A stretch of 64,000 nt of DNA from positions 22,292 to 86,291 of the forward strand of contig PBLA01000001.1 of the NCBI GenBank assembly GCA_002722245.1. Direction: 5' to 3'. Every line of letters starts with the position of its first letter. Positions within the stretch are counted from its first letter, which is position 1. The DNA is from Flavobacteriales bacterium. Its GTDB lineage: Bacteria > Bacteroidota > Bacteroidia > Flavobacteriales_C > GCA-002722245. A program made the translations under genes and the position numbers. The notes under the pieces are model-generated. The model saw nothing but the letters and a program-made list of their open reading frames with translations. It did no database searches and was not told where the DNA came from. This document shows positions 41,251-50,489 of this stretch, one piece after another.

Positions 41251-42087
41251 TTAAGTCAATGATTTTTTTCTCACCTTTTGCCAACCTAAAACGCTGAAAA
41301 GTCCTAATCCCATTAATACACCAATAGCAGGAACTGTAGGTATATCGAGAAATAGCGCAATAAAGTGACCACAGATACAACTCATAATACCAAAGCAAAC
41401 AGCAATGATCAAAAATGGTTTAAGTTTTTGAGTTATGACATGCGCAAATGATGCAGGTACAACTAATAATCCAATGACCATTATTGCTCCAACACTATCG
41501 AAACTATATACTGTGGAAACGCTTGACAGACCCAAAAGAAGATAGTTCCAAAAAGGAATAGAAATCCCTATAGATTTCGCGTATGCTTGATCAAAGCTGG
41601 TTAATTTAAAGCCTTTCAATCCCAGTAAAACAATAGGAGCTGTGATTAAAGAAATAATAATCAAATTAAAAGTAGGAGTGGGTATTCCCCATGTTTTAGG
41701 AACGATAGGGATCGTGTTAATGTCGCCAAATAAGACGCAGTCCACATCAATATCAGCATTTTTTGCTTGTGAAGTAATGAGTATAATTCCAATTGCAAAA
41801 AGGAGTGTGTAAATAATTCCAATTGAACTATCTTTTCCAAAACCTCCTATTCGATTCAACCACTCAATTAACAAAATAGCGATAATCCCAAATCCACTTG
41901 CACCAAGAAGCATCCAGAAAGAGTTGATTTCACCTGAAATCATAAAAGCAATAACAATACCAGGTAAAACAGCATGAGATAAGGCATCACCAATAAGACT
42001 CATTTTTCGAAGTACAAGAAAACTTCCCAGTAAACTGGAGTTTATGCCGATAATGCATGCAGTGAGTATAATCCAAAAATCAAACAT
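41251..42087 (-). CDS. Metal (Mn/Zn) ABC transporter permease, ABC-3 family
   Basis: 278 aa polytopic, ABC-3 family pattern; last gene of operon. Confidence 0.85.
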   Translation of the reverse strand: MFDFWIILTACIIGINSSLLGSFLVLRKMSLIGDALSHAVLPGIVIAFMISGEINSFWMLLGASGFGIIAILLIEWLNRIGGFGKDSSIGIIYTLLFAIGIILITSQAKNADIDVDCVLFGDINTIPIVPKTWGIPTPTFNLIIISLITAPIVLLGLKGFKLTSFDQAYAKSIGISIPFWNYLLLGLSSVSTVYSFDSVGAIMVIGLLVVPASFAHVITQKLKPFLIIAVCFGIMSCICGHFIALFLDIPTVPAIGVLMGLGLFSVLGWQKVRKKSLT

Positions 42088-43385
42088 TAGTCTTCGTAAG
42101 GGATATTTTGTTGATGCGGATCGCTCGTTGGCCTCCCCAGTGTTTTTAATAATTCTGTTTCAAGGGATTTAGTCATGATGTGCTCAATGGATTCAGCACT
42201 TTCATGAACATGATCGGATTGTATTTGCATAAACTTTTCCATGTAAAGCTCCCACAATCTATGTATCCTAATAATTCTCTTTGCCTCTGCAATTCCTTTT
42301 TCAGTAAGCGTCCAAGCCCCATTCGCTTCAATTACAAACTTTTTTCTTTTTAAGATACTCAACCCTTTACTGAGATCAAAAGAAGCAAAAGGATGAAAAT
42401 TTTGAATCATTTGAACAGAATAACTTTGATCAAATTGGTTTTTGTGTTCACCTAATTTATACAGCGTTTTTAGGACATTATCCGAGATTATTTTATTTCG
42501 GTTTTGAATCCCCATTATTTTTTTTGTGATTAATCCCTTTCGAGATAGTAATGCGGACAAAATAGCGATGGTGGATAGTACTACAATAATCCAGGGGCCT
42601 GTAGGCATGTCTGGAAACAGATAGGAAACAAAAACACCCAAAATACTGCTTAAAGCTGCAAACGCACCAGACAATAAAATAGATTTTTTAAAGTGGTTGG
42701 TCCAGAAAAATGCAGAAGAGGCAGGAGTAATAATTAATGCACTCATCAGAATTATTCCAACTGTTTGAATTCCAATAGCAGTGCTCACGATAATTAATCC
42801 TGAAATTAGACTTTGAACAAGTTTGTTATTTAAACCAATTGTGTTTGCAAATCCCTGATCAAACAATGCAATTTTGAAGTGTCTATAAAATAAAATAACA
42901 ACCCCTAAAACAAGTCCACATAATCCACAAAAGAGATAGAGGTCTTTTCGAACAATCGTAGCTGCTTTTCCAAACAGAAAATCAGAAAGACCACTCTGCT
43001 GACTATTTCCTGAGTGTTGTATAATACTTAACAAAATAACACCTAAACTAAAGAGCACTGATAAGGCAATTGCAATGGCTGCATCTTTTTTAATTCGTGA
43101 GATTTTTGTTAACCAGTCTACAAGGAATACGGCAATTGCTCCAGCAAACATTCCTCCAGCTATTAAATAAATTGGATTTTTAACCCCAGAGAGCATAAAT
43201 CCTAAACATACACCTGGTAAAACAGAGTGGGAAACGGCATCAACAATTAATGCTTTTTTATTTAAAACAACTAAAACCCCTACAATACCGCACGTAAAAC
43301 CTAAAATTAACGTTCCAAAAAAAACGTTCGAAATATTGGCGTCTTGAAAAGAAAAAAAATAAATAAAATCGTCCCAAAATTTCAT
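42087..43385 (-). CDS. Metal ABC transporter permease (ABC-3) fused to C-terminal DtxR/MntR-like regulator domain
   Basis: N-terminal ~290 aa permease; C-terminal DNVLKTLYKLGE...TLTEKGIAEAKRIIRIHRLWELYMEKFMQIQSDHVHESAESIEHI...GRPTSDPHQQNIP matches DtxR wHTH plus metal-binding/dimerisation helix; start set to MKFWDD one nt after ATPase stop. Confidence 0.8.
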   Translation of the reverse strand: MKFWDDFIYFFSFQDANISNVFFGTLILGFTCGIVGVLVVLNKKALIVDAVSHSVLPGVCLGFMLSGVKNPIYLIAGGMFAGAIAVFLVDWLTKISRIKKDAAIAIALSVLFSLGVILLSIIQHSGNSQQSGLSDFLFGKAATIVRKDLYLFCGLCGLVLGVVILFYRHFKIALFDQGFANTIGLNNKLVQSLISGLIIVSTAIGIQTVGIILMSALIITPASSAFFWTNHFKKSILLSGAFAALSSILGVFVSYLFPDMPTGPWIIVVLSTIAILSALLSRKGLITKKIMGIQNRNKIISDNVLKTLYKLGEHKNQFDQSYSVQMIQNFHPFASFDLSKGLSILKRKKFVIEANGAWTLTEKGIAEAKRIIRIHRLWELYMEKFMQIQSDHVHESAESIEHIMTKSLETELLKTLGRPTSDPHQQNIPYED

Positions 43386-43386
43386 G

Positions 43387-44172
43387 TTACTCTCGAATTG
43401 GAAATTGTCGTTGTTTGTATACTTCACCCAATTGCTCAAGAATACTCAGATTACCTCCGTAAGTTTTTTGCAGAAGTTCAGTAGTATATACGTCGTTAGT
43501 GGGACCACTCGCAACGATTCGTTTGTTAATAAGAACCATCCAATCAAAATATTCCATTGCAGATTGAAGGTCGTGATGAACAACAAAAATTGTTTTTCCT
43601 TCCTGTTGAAGCGTTAAAAGAAGATCAACAATTGCTTTTTCACTGGCCATATCAACACCAGCAAAAGGCTCATCCATGAAGTACAAATCTGCCTCTTGAG
43701 CCAAAGCTCGGGCAATGAATACACGTTGTTGTTGTCCACCAGAAAGAGCCGAAATATGATGCTTTGCGAAATCCATCATTTTTACTTTTTTAAGCGCATC
43801 AATAGCAATTTGTTTATCCTGTTTTGTTAGGCGTTTGAAAAGACTTTTTTTACCATATCTTCCCATTTCTACAACATCAAGGACAGTTGCAGGAAAATCC
43901 CAGTCAACCGATTCTTTCTGGGGTACATAAGCTATTTTTTGTCGAACCTTTTTTAAAGGTTGATTAAAGATTTTTACATAACCACTTGCTGATGGAACAA
44001 GTTCCATCATGGCTTTTAATAGGGTGGATTTACCCGCACCATTTGGCCCTATAATACCGACCATTTTCCCCTTAGGAATGTTAAAATCCACATTCCATAA
44101 TACGGGTTTATTATTATAGGCAACCGTTAAATCGTGAATTTCAACAATAGCCTCTTCTACATGCTTAATCAT
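43387..44172 (-). CDS. Metal ABC transporter ATP-binding protein
   Basis: Walker A GPNGAGKST, signature LSGGQQQR, Walker B LYFMDEP. Confidence 0.9.
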   Translation of the reverse strand: MIKHVEEAIVEIHDLTVAYNNKPVLWNVDFNIPKGKMVGIIGPNGAGKSTLLKAMMELVPSASGYVKIFNQPLKKVRQKIAYVPQKESVDWDFPATVLDVVEMGRYGKKSLFKRLTKQDKQIAIDALKKVKMMDFAKHHISALSGGQQQRVFIARALAQEADLYFMDEPFAGVDMASEKAIVDLLLTLQQEGKTIFVVHHDLQSAMEYFDWMVLINKRIVASGPTNDVYTTELLQKTYGGNLSILEQLGEVYKQRQFPIRE

Positions 44173-45092
44173 TTGCTTAATGCGCTAACAATTGTTTGGG
44201 TATTTTTTTTAATCATTTTAATGTAGGTTTCTGCACCACTTTGAGCATCACCTAAACCATCGCTGTAGAGCGTTCCACCAATTTTTAGGTCTAGTCCTTT
44301 TGATCGGCACCCTTCAATGATTGCATTGATATTTTTTCTAGAAACAGAATTTTCTATGAAAATGGCAGGGATTTTTCTACTTACTATAAGATCAGTTAAT
44401 TCTGTTATTCCGCGAACAGAAATATCGGATGCGGTTGATATACCTTGTACACCTTTTACTTCAATACCAAATGCTCGTCCATAATATCCGAATGCATCGT
44501 GCGCTGTAATCAACACCCTAATTGAATCAGGTATTTTATTCATTTCACGTTTAACATAAAGTTCAGTGGCTAATAATTTTTTTGTGTAGGATTTTGTTGC
44601 AGAATCAATATAGTTTTGATGAATAGGGAATTTTTTGGAAAATTCTTTTCCTACAAGTTCTACGGATGTTGCAAATAAATTAACATCATGCCAAAAATGT
44701 GGGTCATGAGCTGTTCCAAACTCTGTAGTTGCTCTTAATCTTTCCTCAGGTACAATTTCTCCGAGTTTAACCACATGACGAGATTTTCCTATTTCATCAA
44801 TAGCATCCAGCAAGTTAGATTCAAAGTGAATACCATTACAGGCAACAGATTCTGCGTTTAACATCGCTTTCATTTCAGATGCTTTACTCTTGTAGGTATG
44901 GGGGTCAACTCCAGGACCCATTAATGCTTCGATTTCAAAGGGTGTAGGAGGAAGGATGTTCTTCATAGCATCAGCAATTACACCTGTTGTACAAATTACA
45001 TGAACGCTCGAAGATGACATCTTATTTTCATGCGATGAACATCCAATTATAATAAGAATGGAAAGAAGGGGAAGATAAAGCAGGTTTTTCAT
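44169..45092 (-). CDS. Metal (Mn/Zn) ABC substrate-binding lipoprotein, TroA/ZnuA/MntC family
   Basis: Lipoprotein signal (IIIGCSS); His-rich binding-site residues (AHDPHFWHD); start set to MKNLLYL. Confidence 0.85.
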   Translation of the reverse strand: MKNLLYLPLLSILIIIGCSSHENKMSSSSVHVICTTGVIADAMKNILPPTPFEIEALMGPGVDPHTYKSKASEMKAMLNAESVACNGIHFESNLLDAIDEIGKSRHVVKLGEIVPEERLRATTEFGTAHDPHFWHDVNLFATSVELVGKEFSKKFPIHQNYIDSATKSYTKKLLATELYVKREMNKIPDSIRVLITAHDAFGYYGRAFGIEVKGVQGISTASDISVRGITELTDLIVSRKIPAIFIENSVSRKNINAIIEGCRSKGLDLKIGGTLYSDGLGDAQSGAETYIKMIKKNTQTIVSALSK

Positions 45093-45093
45093 A

Positions 45094-45756
45094 TTATTTT
45101 TCTTTGGAAACATTAAGGTTTTTAGCCACTAATTCTGAAAATGTCCGTTCAGTTTTTTGATTGACCAAAACTTTTAAGGACTTGTCAAATTGAAAGAAAT
45201 CTAAAATTTCAATGGATGAACCCAGTTTGAGGTCGATACTATCTAAATATCTTAAGAAATCTTTGGAGTCTTCAGAGACACCAATTAAAATTGATTTTTC
45301 ACCAATTGATAAATCATTTAATTTGTATTTTTTTAGAGTATGAAACTCGCCTTTTTTGTTTGGAATGGGATCACCATGAGGATCGTTTTTTGGATATCCC
45401 AAGTGCTCGTCCAATTTATCAATAAGTTTTGCGGATTTAATGTGCTCCAATTGCTCAGCAATTTCATGAATTTCATCCCATCCGAATTTAAGTTTCTCTA
45501 CCAAAAAAACTTCCCACAAACGATGTTTTCTTATTACATGTAATGCAATTTGTTCACCTTCTTTTGAAAGTGTTGTTCCTTGATATTTTATATAGTTTAC
45601 TAAACCTTTGTCGGCCAATTTTTTTACCATATCGGATACCGAGGAAGCTTTTGTAGAGAGCTCTTCAGCAATTGCATTGGTGGAAACTCCTTCTTTTGAT
45701 GGTCCGCTTAACTTAAAAATTGCTTTTAGATAATCTTCGGTGGTACTGGTTTGCAT
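45094..45756 (-). CDS. DtxR/MntR-family metal-dependent transcriptional regulator with C-terminal FeoA-like domain
   Basis: wHTH, IRKHRLWEVFLVEKLKFGWDEIHEIAEQLEH, GYPKNDPHGDPIP, C-terminal SH3-like FeoA segment. Confidence 0.8.
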   Translation of the reverse strand: MQTSTTEDYLKAIFKLSGPSKEGVSTNAIAEELSTKASSVSDMVKKLADKGLVNYIKYQGTTLSKEGEQIALHVIRKHRLWEVFLVEKLKFGWDEIHEIAEQLEHIKSAKLIDKLDEHLGYPKNDPHGDPIPNKKGEFHTLKKYKLNDLSIGEKSILIGVSEDSKDFLRYLDSIDLKLGSSIEILDFFQFDKSLKVLVNQKTERTFSELVAKNLNVSKEK

Positions 45757-45786
45757 TTACTCTAAGATTTAGACAAAGATAAACAA

Positions 45787-45804
45787 ATTTAGACTTGTCT
45801 AAAT
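45787..45804. promoter_or_regulatory. Perfect 18-bp palindrome ATTTAGAC-TT-GTCTAAAT in divergent promoter region, candidate DtxR/MntR operator (extra half-site TTTAGACAA at 45768-45776)
   Basis: Read directly from sequence; 31-48 bp upstream of regulator start codon. Confidence 0.45.
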
Positions 45805-45934
45805 ACCGTGTTTGGTGTAACTAAAAATATTGGCAAACAGTTGTTTTAGCTGTTTTTTATAGAAATCGATGATAAAATATATTTAGTTCGTAGTTTCTTT
45901 TTTTGAAATCTGAATTTGGTTAACTTAGAAAGTA

Positions 45935-46342
45935 ATGAAAAAGCTTCTTTTTTTGGTGCTTACTCTTACAGTTTTAGGTTGCACGAATAATAATGGTACG
46001 GTATTATGGAGAGTTTGGTATGCTGTTCAGGTACCGCCTAATTACGATTTGAAAATCACCTACAATTCGGATAAGTTTTTTGATTCGGGCGTGCATGATA
46101 CGATTTATGTTCATGACAGTAGCTATGTACAGCAATTAGATGGTTTTTGGATCGGTCAACGCCTTCAAGAGAACAAAGAACATGGCTATTATATAAATAT
46201 TAAAATTGATTCCTTAACACCTTATGATGGTCATTTAGGTGTATTTGTATATGCGAATGATACATCTTTACTGGATTCTGTTTTATATCCATATGGAAGA
46301 AAAGAAATCACCCTTCAAGGTGATATTCCAATCAATTTTTAA
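45935..46342 (+). CDS. Small lipoprotein, hypothetical
   Basis: Signal peptide with lipobox VLGC. Confidence 0.5.
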   Translation: MKKLLFLVLTLTVLGCTNNNGTVLWRVWYAVQVPPNYDLKITYNSDKFFDSGVHDTIYVHDSSYVQQLDGFWIGQRLQENKEHGYYINIKIDSLTPYDGHLGVFVYANDTSLLDSVLYPYGRKEITLQGDIPINF

Positions 46343-46344
46343 CT

Positions 46345-46761
46345 ATGCAACGAAAAATTTTAATAACAGCGGCGGTTATGGGGGTATTATCCGTTATAAT
46401 TGGTGCTTGGGCTGCTCACGGTATACAAGGCGTGATTTTGGATTCTGATCCTGATAAAATGAGTAAAATTGATAGTTTTAAGGTTGGAGTTCGTTACCAA
46501 TTTTATCATACTTTTCTTCTTTTGTTTTTGAGTTTAATACCAATTGAACGGTTTTCTAGTTTATTGTCTATTGTGTATAGATTAGTTGTTATAGGCGTAG
46601 TCCTGTTTTCAGGATCAATTTATGCATTAGCGCTCAAAAGTCAACTCGGGCTTGAAGGGGCTACAAAGTTTCTAGGTCCTATAACTCCTATTGGAGGCTT
46701 AACGTTAATTGTTGCCTGGAGTATATTGGTGTTCTATGGTTTAAAACAAAAAAAAATATGA
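46345..46761 (+). CDS. DUF423-family small membrane protein
   Basis: 4 TM, AWAAHG motif. Confidence 0.65.
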   Translation: MQRKILITAAVMGVLSVIIGAWAAHGIQGVILDSDPDKMSKIDSFKVGVRYQFYHTFLLLFLSLIPIERFSSLLSIVYRLVVIGVVLFSGSIYALALKSQLGLEGATKFLGPITPIGGLTLIVAWSILVFYGLKQKKI

Positions 46762-48254
46762 TGGAGAATACATACGAAGGATATAAAGCTCATTTGCAAA
46801 AAATTGCCCATTTAAATTCAACTATGGCGTTATTAAGTTGGGATCAAGAAACCAATATGCCTAAAAAGGGAGCAGCGATCAGAGCGCAGCAGTTAAGTAC
46901 TTTGAGTACAATGGTACATGAATTGTTTACTGATCTTCGATTTGAAAACCTGGTAAATCATTTATTGGCAAAAAGTTGTTTTGGGTTTAAAGAGATGCGT
47001 AATCTTCAACTTACCAAGGAGTCTATTGAAGAAAATAAAAAACTTAATTCAGACTTCATTAAAAGGGCTGCAATTGCACGATCGGAGGCATTTCAATCAT
47101 GGGAACAAGCTCGAAGAGAAGAGCGTTTTTCTGTATTTATTCCGAGTCTTCAAAAAATTGTTGATTTAGAAAAAGAGAAAGCAGAACTATTAGGGTACAA
47201 CGATCATCCTTATGATGCCCTTTTAAACTTATATGAAAAAGATTCTACTGTTCATCAATTGAAGCAGGTTTTTACTCAGGTTAAGAACCATATCGTACCA
47301 TTTATTCAAGAAATATCAGCCAACGAACAGGTGGACGATTCCTTTCTGTATCAATATTATAATAAAGATGCACAATTTGATTTTAGTTTGGAGTTGTTAA
47401 ACTTTATGGGGTATGATTTTGATGCGGGAAGGCAAGATTTATCTACCCATCCTTTTACGATTAATTTTAGCGCTCATGACGTAAGATTGACTACAAGAGT
47501 CAATGAATATAATTTGTCGGAAGTGATTTGGAGTACCATTCATGAAGGCGGGCATGGGCTTTATGAGCAAGGTTTACCTATCAACCACTATGGGCTGCCA
47601 AGTGGTGAATATGTGAGTTTAGGTATTCACGAATCTCAGAGCCGGATTTGGGAAAATAACATTGGAAGAGCACTCCCTTGGTGGAAATTTTTATACCCTA
47701 AACTTCAAAAAGTCTTCCCTGAACAGCTTGGAGATGTTTCATTAGACCAGTTTTACAAGGCGATCAATAAGGTGCAGCCTTCTCTTATTCGAACCTCTGC
47801 TGATGAATTGACTTATCATGTGCATGTGATGATACGGTTTGAGATAGAGTGTAGCCTAATGGAGGGGGTAATTGAAGTTACAGATCTTGAGGAAGTTTGG
47901 AACGAAAAATACCAAGATTATTTAGGTGTAACACCTGATAAACCAACTGAAGGGATATTACAAGATATTCACTGGAGTCATGGAAGTTTAGGGTATTTCC
48001 CTACGTATTCAGTTGGAAGCTTTTATGCCGCCCAATTATATGCTCAAGCGGAAAAAGATATTCCTAATTTGGATGAAAAACTTGCCCAAGGAAAGACGAA
48101 TGATTTTTTAACCCTCATGCGGAAAAAGATTCATCAGTATGGTAAGTTATATCCCGCTGACCAGCTCGTGGAGCGTTTTAGCGGTGAGTCATTGAATATC
48201 AAGTATTTTATGGATTATGTTCATGAAAAATATCTCAAGATTTATGGTTTTTAA
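46758..48254 (+). CDS. Carboxypeptidase Taq-like metallopeptidase (M32)
   Basis: HEGGHGLYEQG zinc site (HExxH variant HEGGH) and HESQSRIWEN. Confidence 0.85.
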   Translation: MMENTYEGYKAHLQKIAHLNSTMALLSWDQETNMPKKGAAIRAQQLSTLSTMVHELFTDLRFENLVNHLLAKSCFGFKEMRNLQLTKESIEENKKLNSDFIKRAAIARSEAFQSWEQARREERFSVFIPSLQKIVDLEKEKAELLGYNDHPYDALLNLYEKDSTVHQLKQVFTQVKNHIVPFIQEISANEQVDDSFLYQYYNKDAQFDFSLELLNFMGYDFDAGRQDLSTHPFTINFSAHDVRLTTRVNEYNLSEVIWSTIHEGGHGLYEQGLPINHYGLPSGEYVSLGIHESQSRIWENNIGRALPWWKFLYPKLQKVFPEQLGDVSLDQFYKAINKVQPSLIRTSADELTYHVHVMIRFEIECSLMEGVIEVTDLEEVWNEKYQDYLGVTPDKPTEGILQDIHWSHGSLGYFPTYSVGSFYAAQLYAQAEKDIPNLDEKLAQGKTNDFLTLMRKKIHQYGKLYPADQLVERFSGESLNIKYFMDYVHEKYLKIYGF

Positions 48255-48608
48255 TTTTTTTTTCATTGTTTGAGTAAGTCTGAGCTCCCCTTTTATTCAT
48301 GGTGTTCTACCAAAAATATTTACACATTTGATTCCTTTATTTAGTGGTTATGAAATTTAAACAGTTGTAACCCAACGATTAACACGACGTATCAAAAGAT
48401 GACAATTGGATTGTAATGTAAATTATATTCCTCTTAATATTTGATTTTTTTTGAAAACGACTTGAACAAGCTATTCAAAATGTGTTTTTTCTGATCAACT
48501 GTTTATGCAGTGGTGGTTATGAAGTGTTTTTAAAAATCAGAAAATCTTTCATTAGAGTAGTTTTTTAATTGTGTTATCAAATTAAAACTTAACTAAAACT
48601 CTAGTATC

Positions 48609-49337
48609 ATGGAAAATTTATTTTTAACAGCAACTTTAGAAGCGGGGGACTATGTAGGGTTTACCTTCTTCATCGGTAGTATGGCCATGCTAGCCGCTAC
48701 TGTATTTTTCTTTCTAGAAATGAAATCAGTTTCTGGAAAGTGGAGAACGTCACTATTGGTGTCGGGATTAATTACATTTATTGCCGCAGTGCATTATTAT
48801 TACATGCGGGATTTCTGGGTGGAAAACAAAACCTCACCAACAGAATTTCGATATATTGACTGGATTCTAACGGTTCCTTTGATGTGTGTTGAATTCTATT
48901 TAATTCTTAAAGCATTTGGAGCAAAAAAAGGGTTGCTTTGGAAAATGATTTTTTACTCGGTATGGATGTTAGTTACCGGTTATTTAGGTGAAACCGTTTT
49001 CAGAGAATCAAGCGCAACTTGGGGTGCCATTTCAACAATTGGTTATTTAGGTATATTTTATGAAGTATGGTTTGGATCTGCTAAGCAACTATCCAACAAT
49101 TCAAACAATCCTACTCTACAAAAAGCGTTTAGTGCACTTGCATGGTTTATTTTTGCAGGATGGGCTATTTATCCAATTGGATACATGACAATTCCAGGTG
49201 GGTTATTAAGTGGAGCATTACCTGCGGAATCAATGGATATCATTTATAACATTGGTGATGCAATTAACAAAATTGGATTTGGATTGGTTATTTATAGTTT
49301 AGCGATAAATAGCACAAATGAAACCTCTGCTGCATAA
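48609..49337 (+). CDS. Proteorhodopsin (microbial type-1 rhodopsin), predicted outward H+ pump, green-tuned
   Basis: 7 TM; helix C FRYIDWILTVPLMCVEFY gives D-T-E motif and Met at the tuning position; helix G DAINKIGFG retinal Schiff-base Lys; WAIYPIGY helix F. Confidence 0.9.
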   Translation: MENLFLTATLEAGDYVGFTFFIGSMAMLAATVFFFLEMKSVSGKWRTSLLVSGLITFIAAVHYYYMRDFWVENKTSPTEFRYIDWILTVPLMCVEFYLILKAFGAKKGLLWKMIFYSVWMLVTGYLGETVFRESSATWGAISTIGYLGIFYEVWFGSAKQLSNNSNNPTLQKAFSALAWFIFAGWAIYPIGYMTIPGGLLSGALPAESMDIIYNIGDAINKIGFGLVIYSLAINSTNETSAA

Positions 49338-49381
49338 TCAATCTAATGGAAGGATAATTTTTTTAAAAAATTCATAAATAA

Positions 49382-49413
49382 AAAACCGAAGCAAAATTTG
49401 TTTCGGTTTTTTG
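49382..49413. terminator. Bidirectional rho-independent terminator between rhodopsin (+) and hydrolase (-) genes
   Basis: AAAACCGAA-gcaaaatttgt-TTCGGTTTT flanked by A- and T-tracts. Confidence 0.55.
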
Positions 49414-49430
49414 TTTTAATAAAAAAACAT

Positions 49431-50489
49431 CTAATGATGCATTACTTTAGAGAGTAGTAAGCTTTGCACCATGCTATTTTCTGTTTTTTGATAATGGGAA
49501 CTGCAATACGTCATATGGCCGTATCCGATATTTTCATTTTTAAATTGAACATTACTGCCTTGAGATGTATAATAATTTGCTAACCACTGACCAATTACAG
49601 GTGGGCAAAGGTTATCATCCGATGCATGCCAAATACTTATGTTTTTTGTTTTGATTAATCTTGGATCGAACCCCCAATCATAACATACATCCTTTGCAGA
49701 TTCCCAACATATTCCTGCTGAACCTCTTTTGACACATCGTTCAACAGAACAGGACAACATCCTAATCAATGCGGTGTCTTGTTCCATATTATCGCACGAG
49801 TATACTAATGTTTTAACAGGTAAACTAGGGGAGAAGAGGTCGGTTGTTATATAAAAGGTAAAAAACATCCACGCGTTTAGCGGATGCTTTAATTGTTCGG
49901 TTGTTTTAAATTGGTCATGTCCCAAAGCTCCTTCAATATTTAATTCCTGTGTTAAATTGTTCGGCAATAAAGGGGCGTTTAAACCCAGTGCAGTACATCG
50001 TTCTTTATAAAAAAAGGCGGCAGCCATAGCATGGGGAGTTCCTTGAGAGTGCCCCGAAATCATAAAATGATCAATGTTTTCTTGTTCTAAAACAGCATAA
50101 AGGTCTTCGGATGCCCATTCAATAACTTTCCGTCCAATTTTCAAATCTGTATTTCCACATCCGGGTAGTGAAATGGATATGCCTCTTACATTTAATTCCT
50201 CACAAGATTTTTGGTGTATTAATTTTTCAAATGTGGCATCTAGCCCAGATCCATGAATATTAATTATCACGGGTGTGTTTGGGTCATTACTACCGTACGT
50301 AAAGTATTCAATTTTTCGTCCATTTGTATCTAAAGCAAGCTTTCCGCCTTCCGCTATCAATTGCTCTCGATTAATTTTAGATTGTCCATTACGTTTTATT
50401 ATAATTCCGCCTATTGTAAAAATCAAAAACAAACATAATCCTCCAATTATAGAATATTTACAAATTTTTTTTAATCTTTTCATATTCAA
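49431..50489 (-). CDS. Membrane-anchored alpha/beta hydrolase
   Basis: N-terminal TM anchor; HGSG oxyanion region and nucleophile elbow GHSQG. Confidence 0.7.
   Translation of the reverse strand: MNMKRLKKICKYSIIGGLCLFLIFTIGGIIIKRNGQSKINREQLIAEGGKLALDTNGRKIEYFTYGSNDPNTPVIINIHGSGLDATFEKLIHQKSCEELNVRGISISLPGCGNTDLKIGRKVIEWASEDLYAVLEQENIDHFMISGHSQGTPHAMAAAFFYKERCTALGLNAPLLPNNLTQELNIEGALGHDQFKTTEQLKHPLNAWMFFTFYITTDLFSPSLPVKTLVYSCDNMEQDTALIRMLSCSVERCVKRGSAGICWESAKDVCYDWGFDPRLIKTKNISIWHASDDNLCPPVIGQWLANYYTSQGSNVQFKNENIGYGHMTYCSSHYQKTENSMVQSLLLSKVMHH

Noticed and set aside
41210-41398. 62-aa ORF overlapping the 3' end of the ABC permease gene
   Set aside because: Overlaps a well-supported permease gene in another frame. 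No signal.
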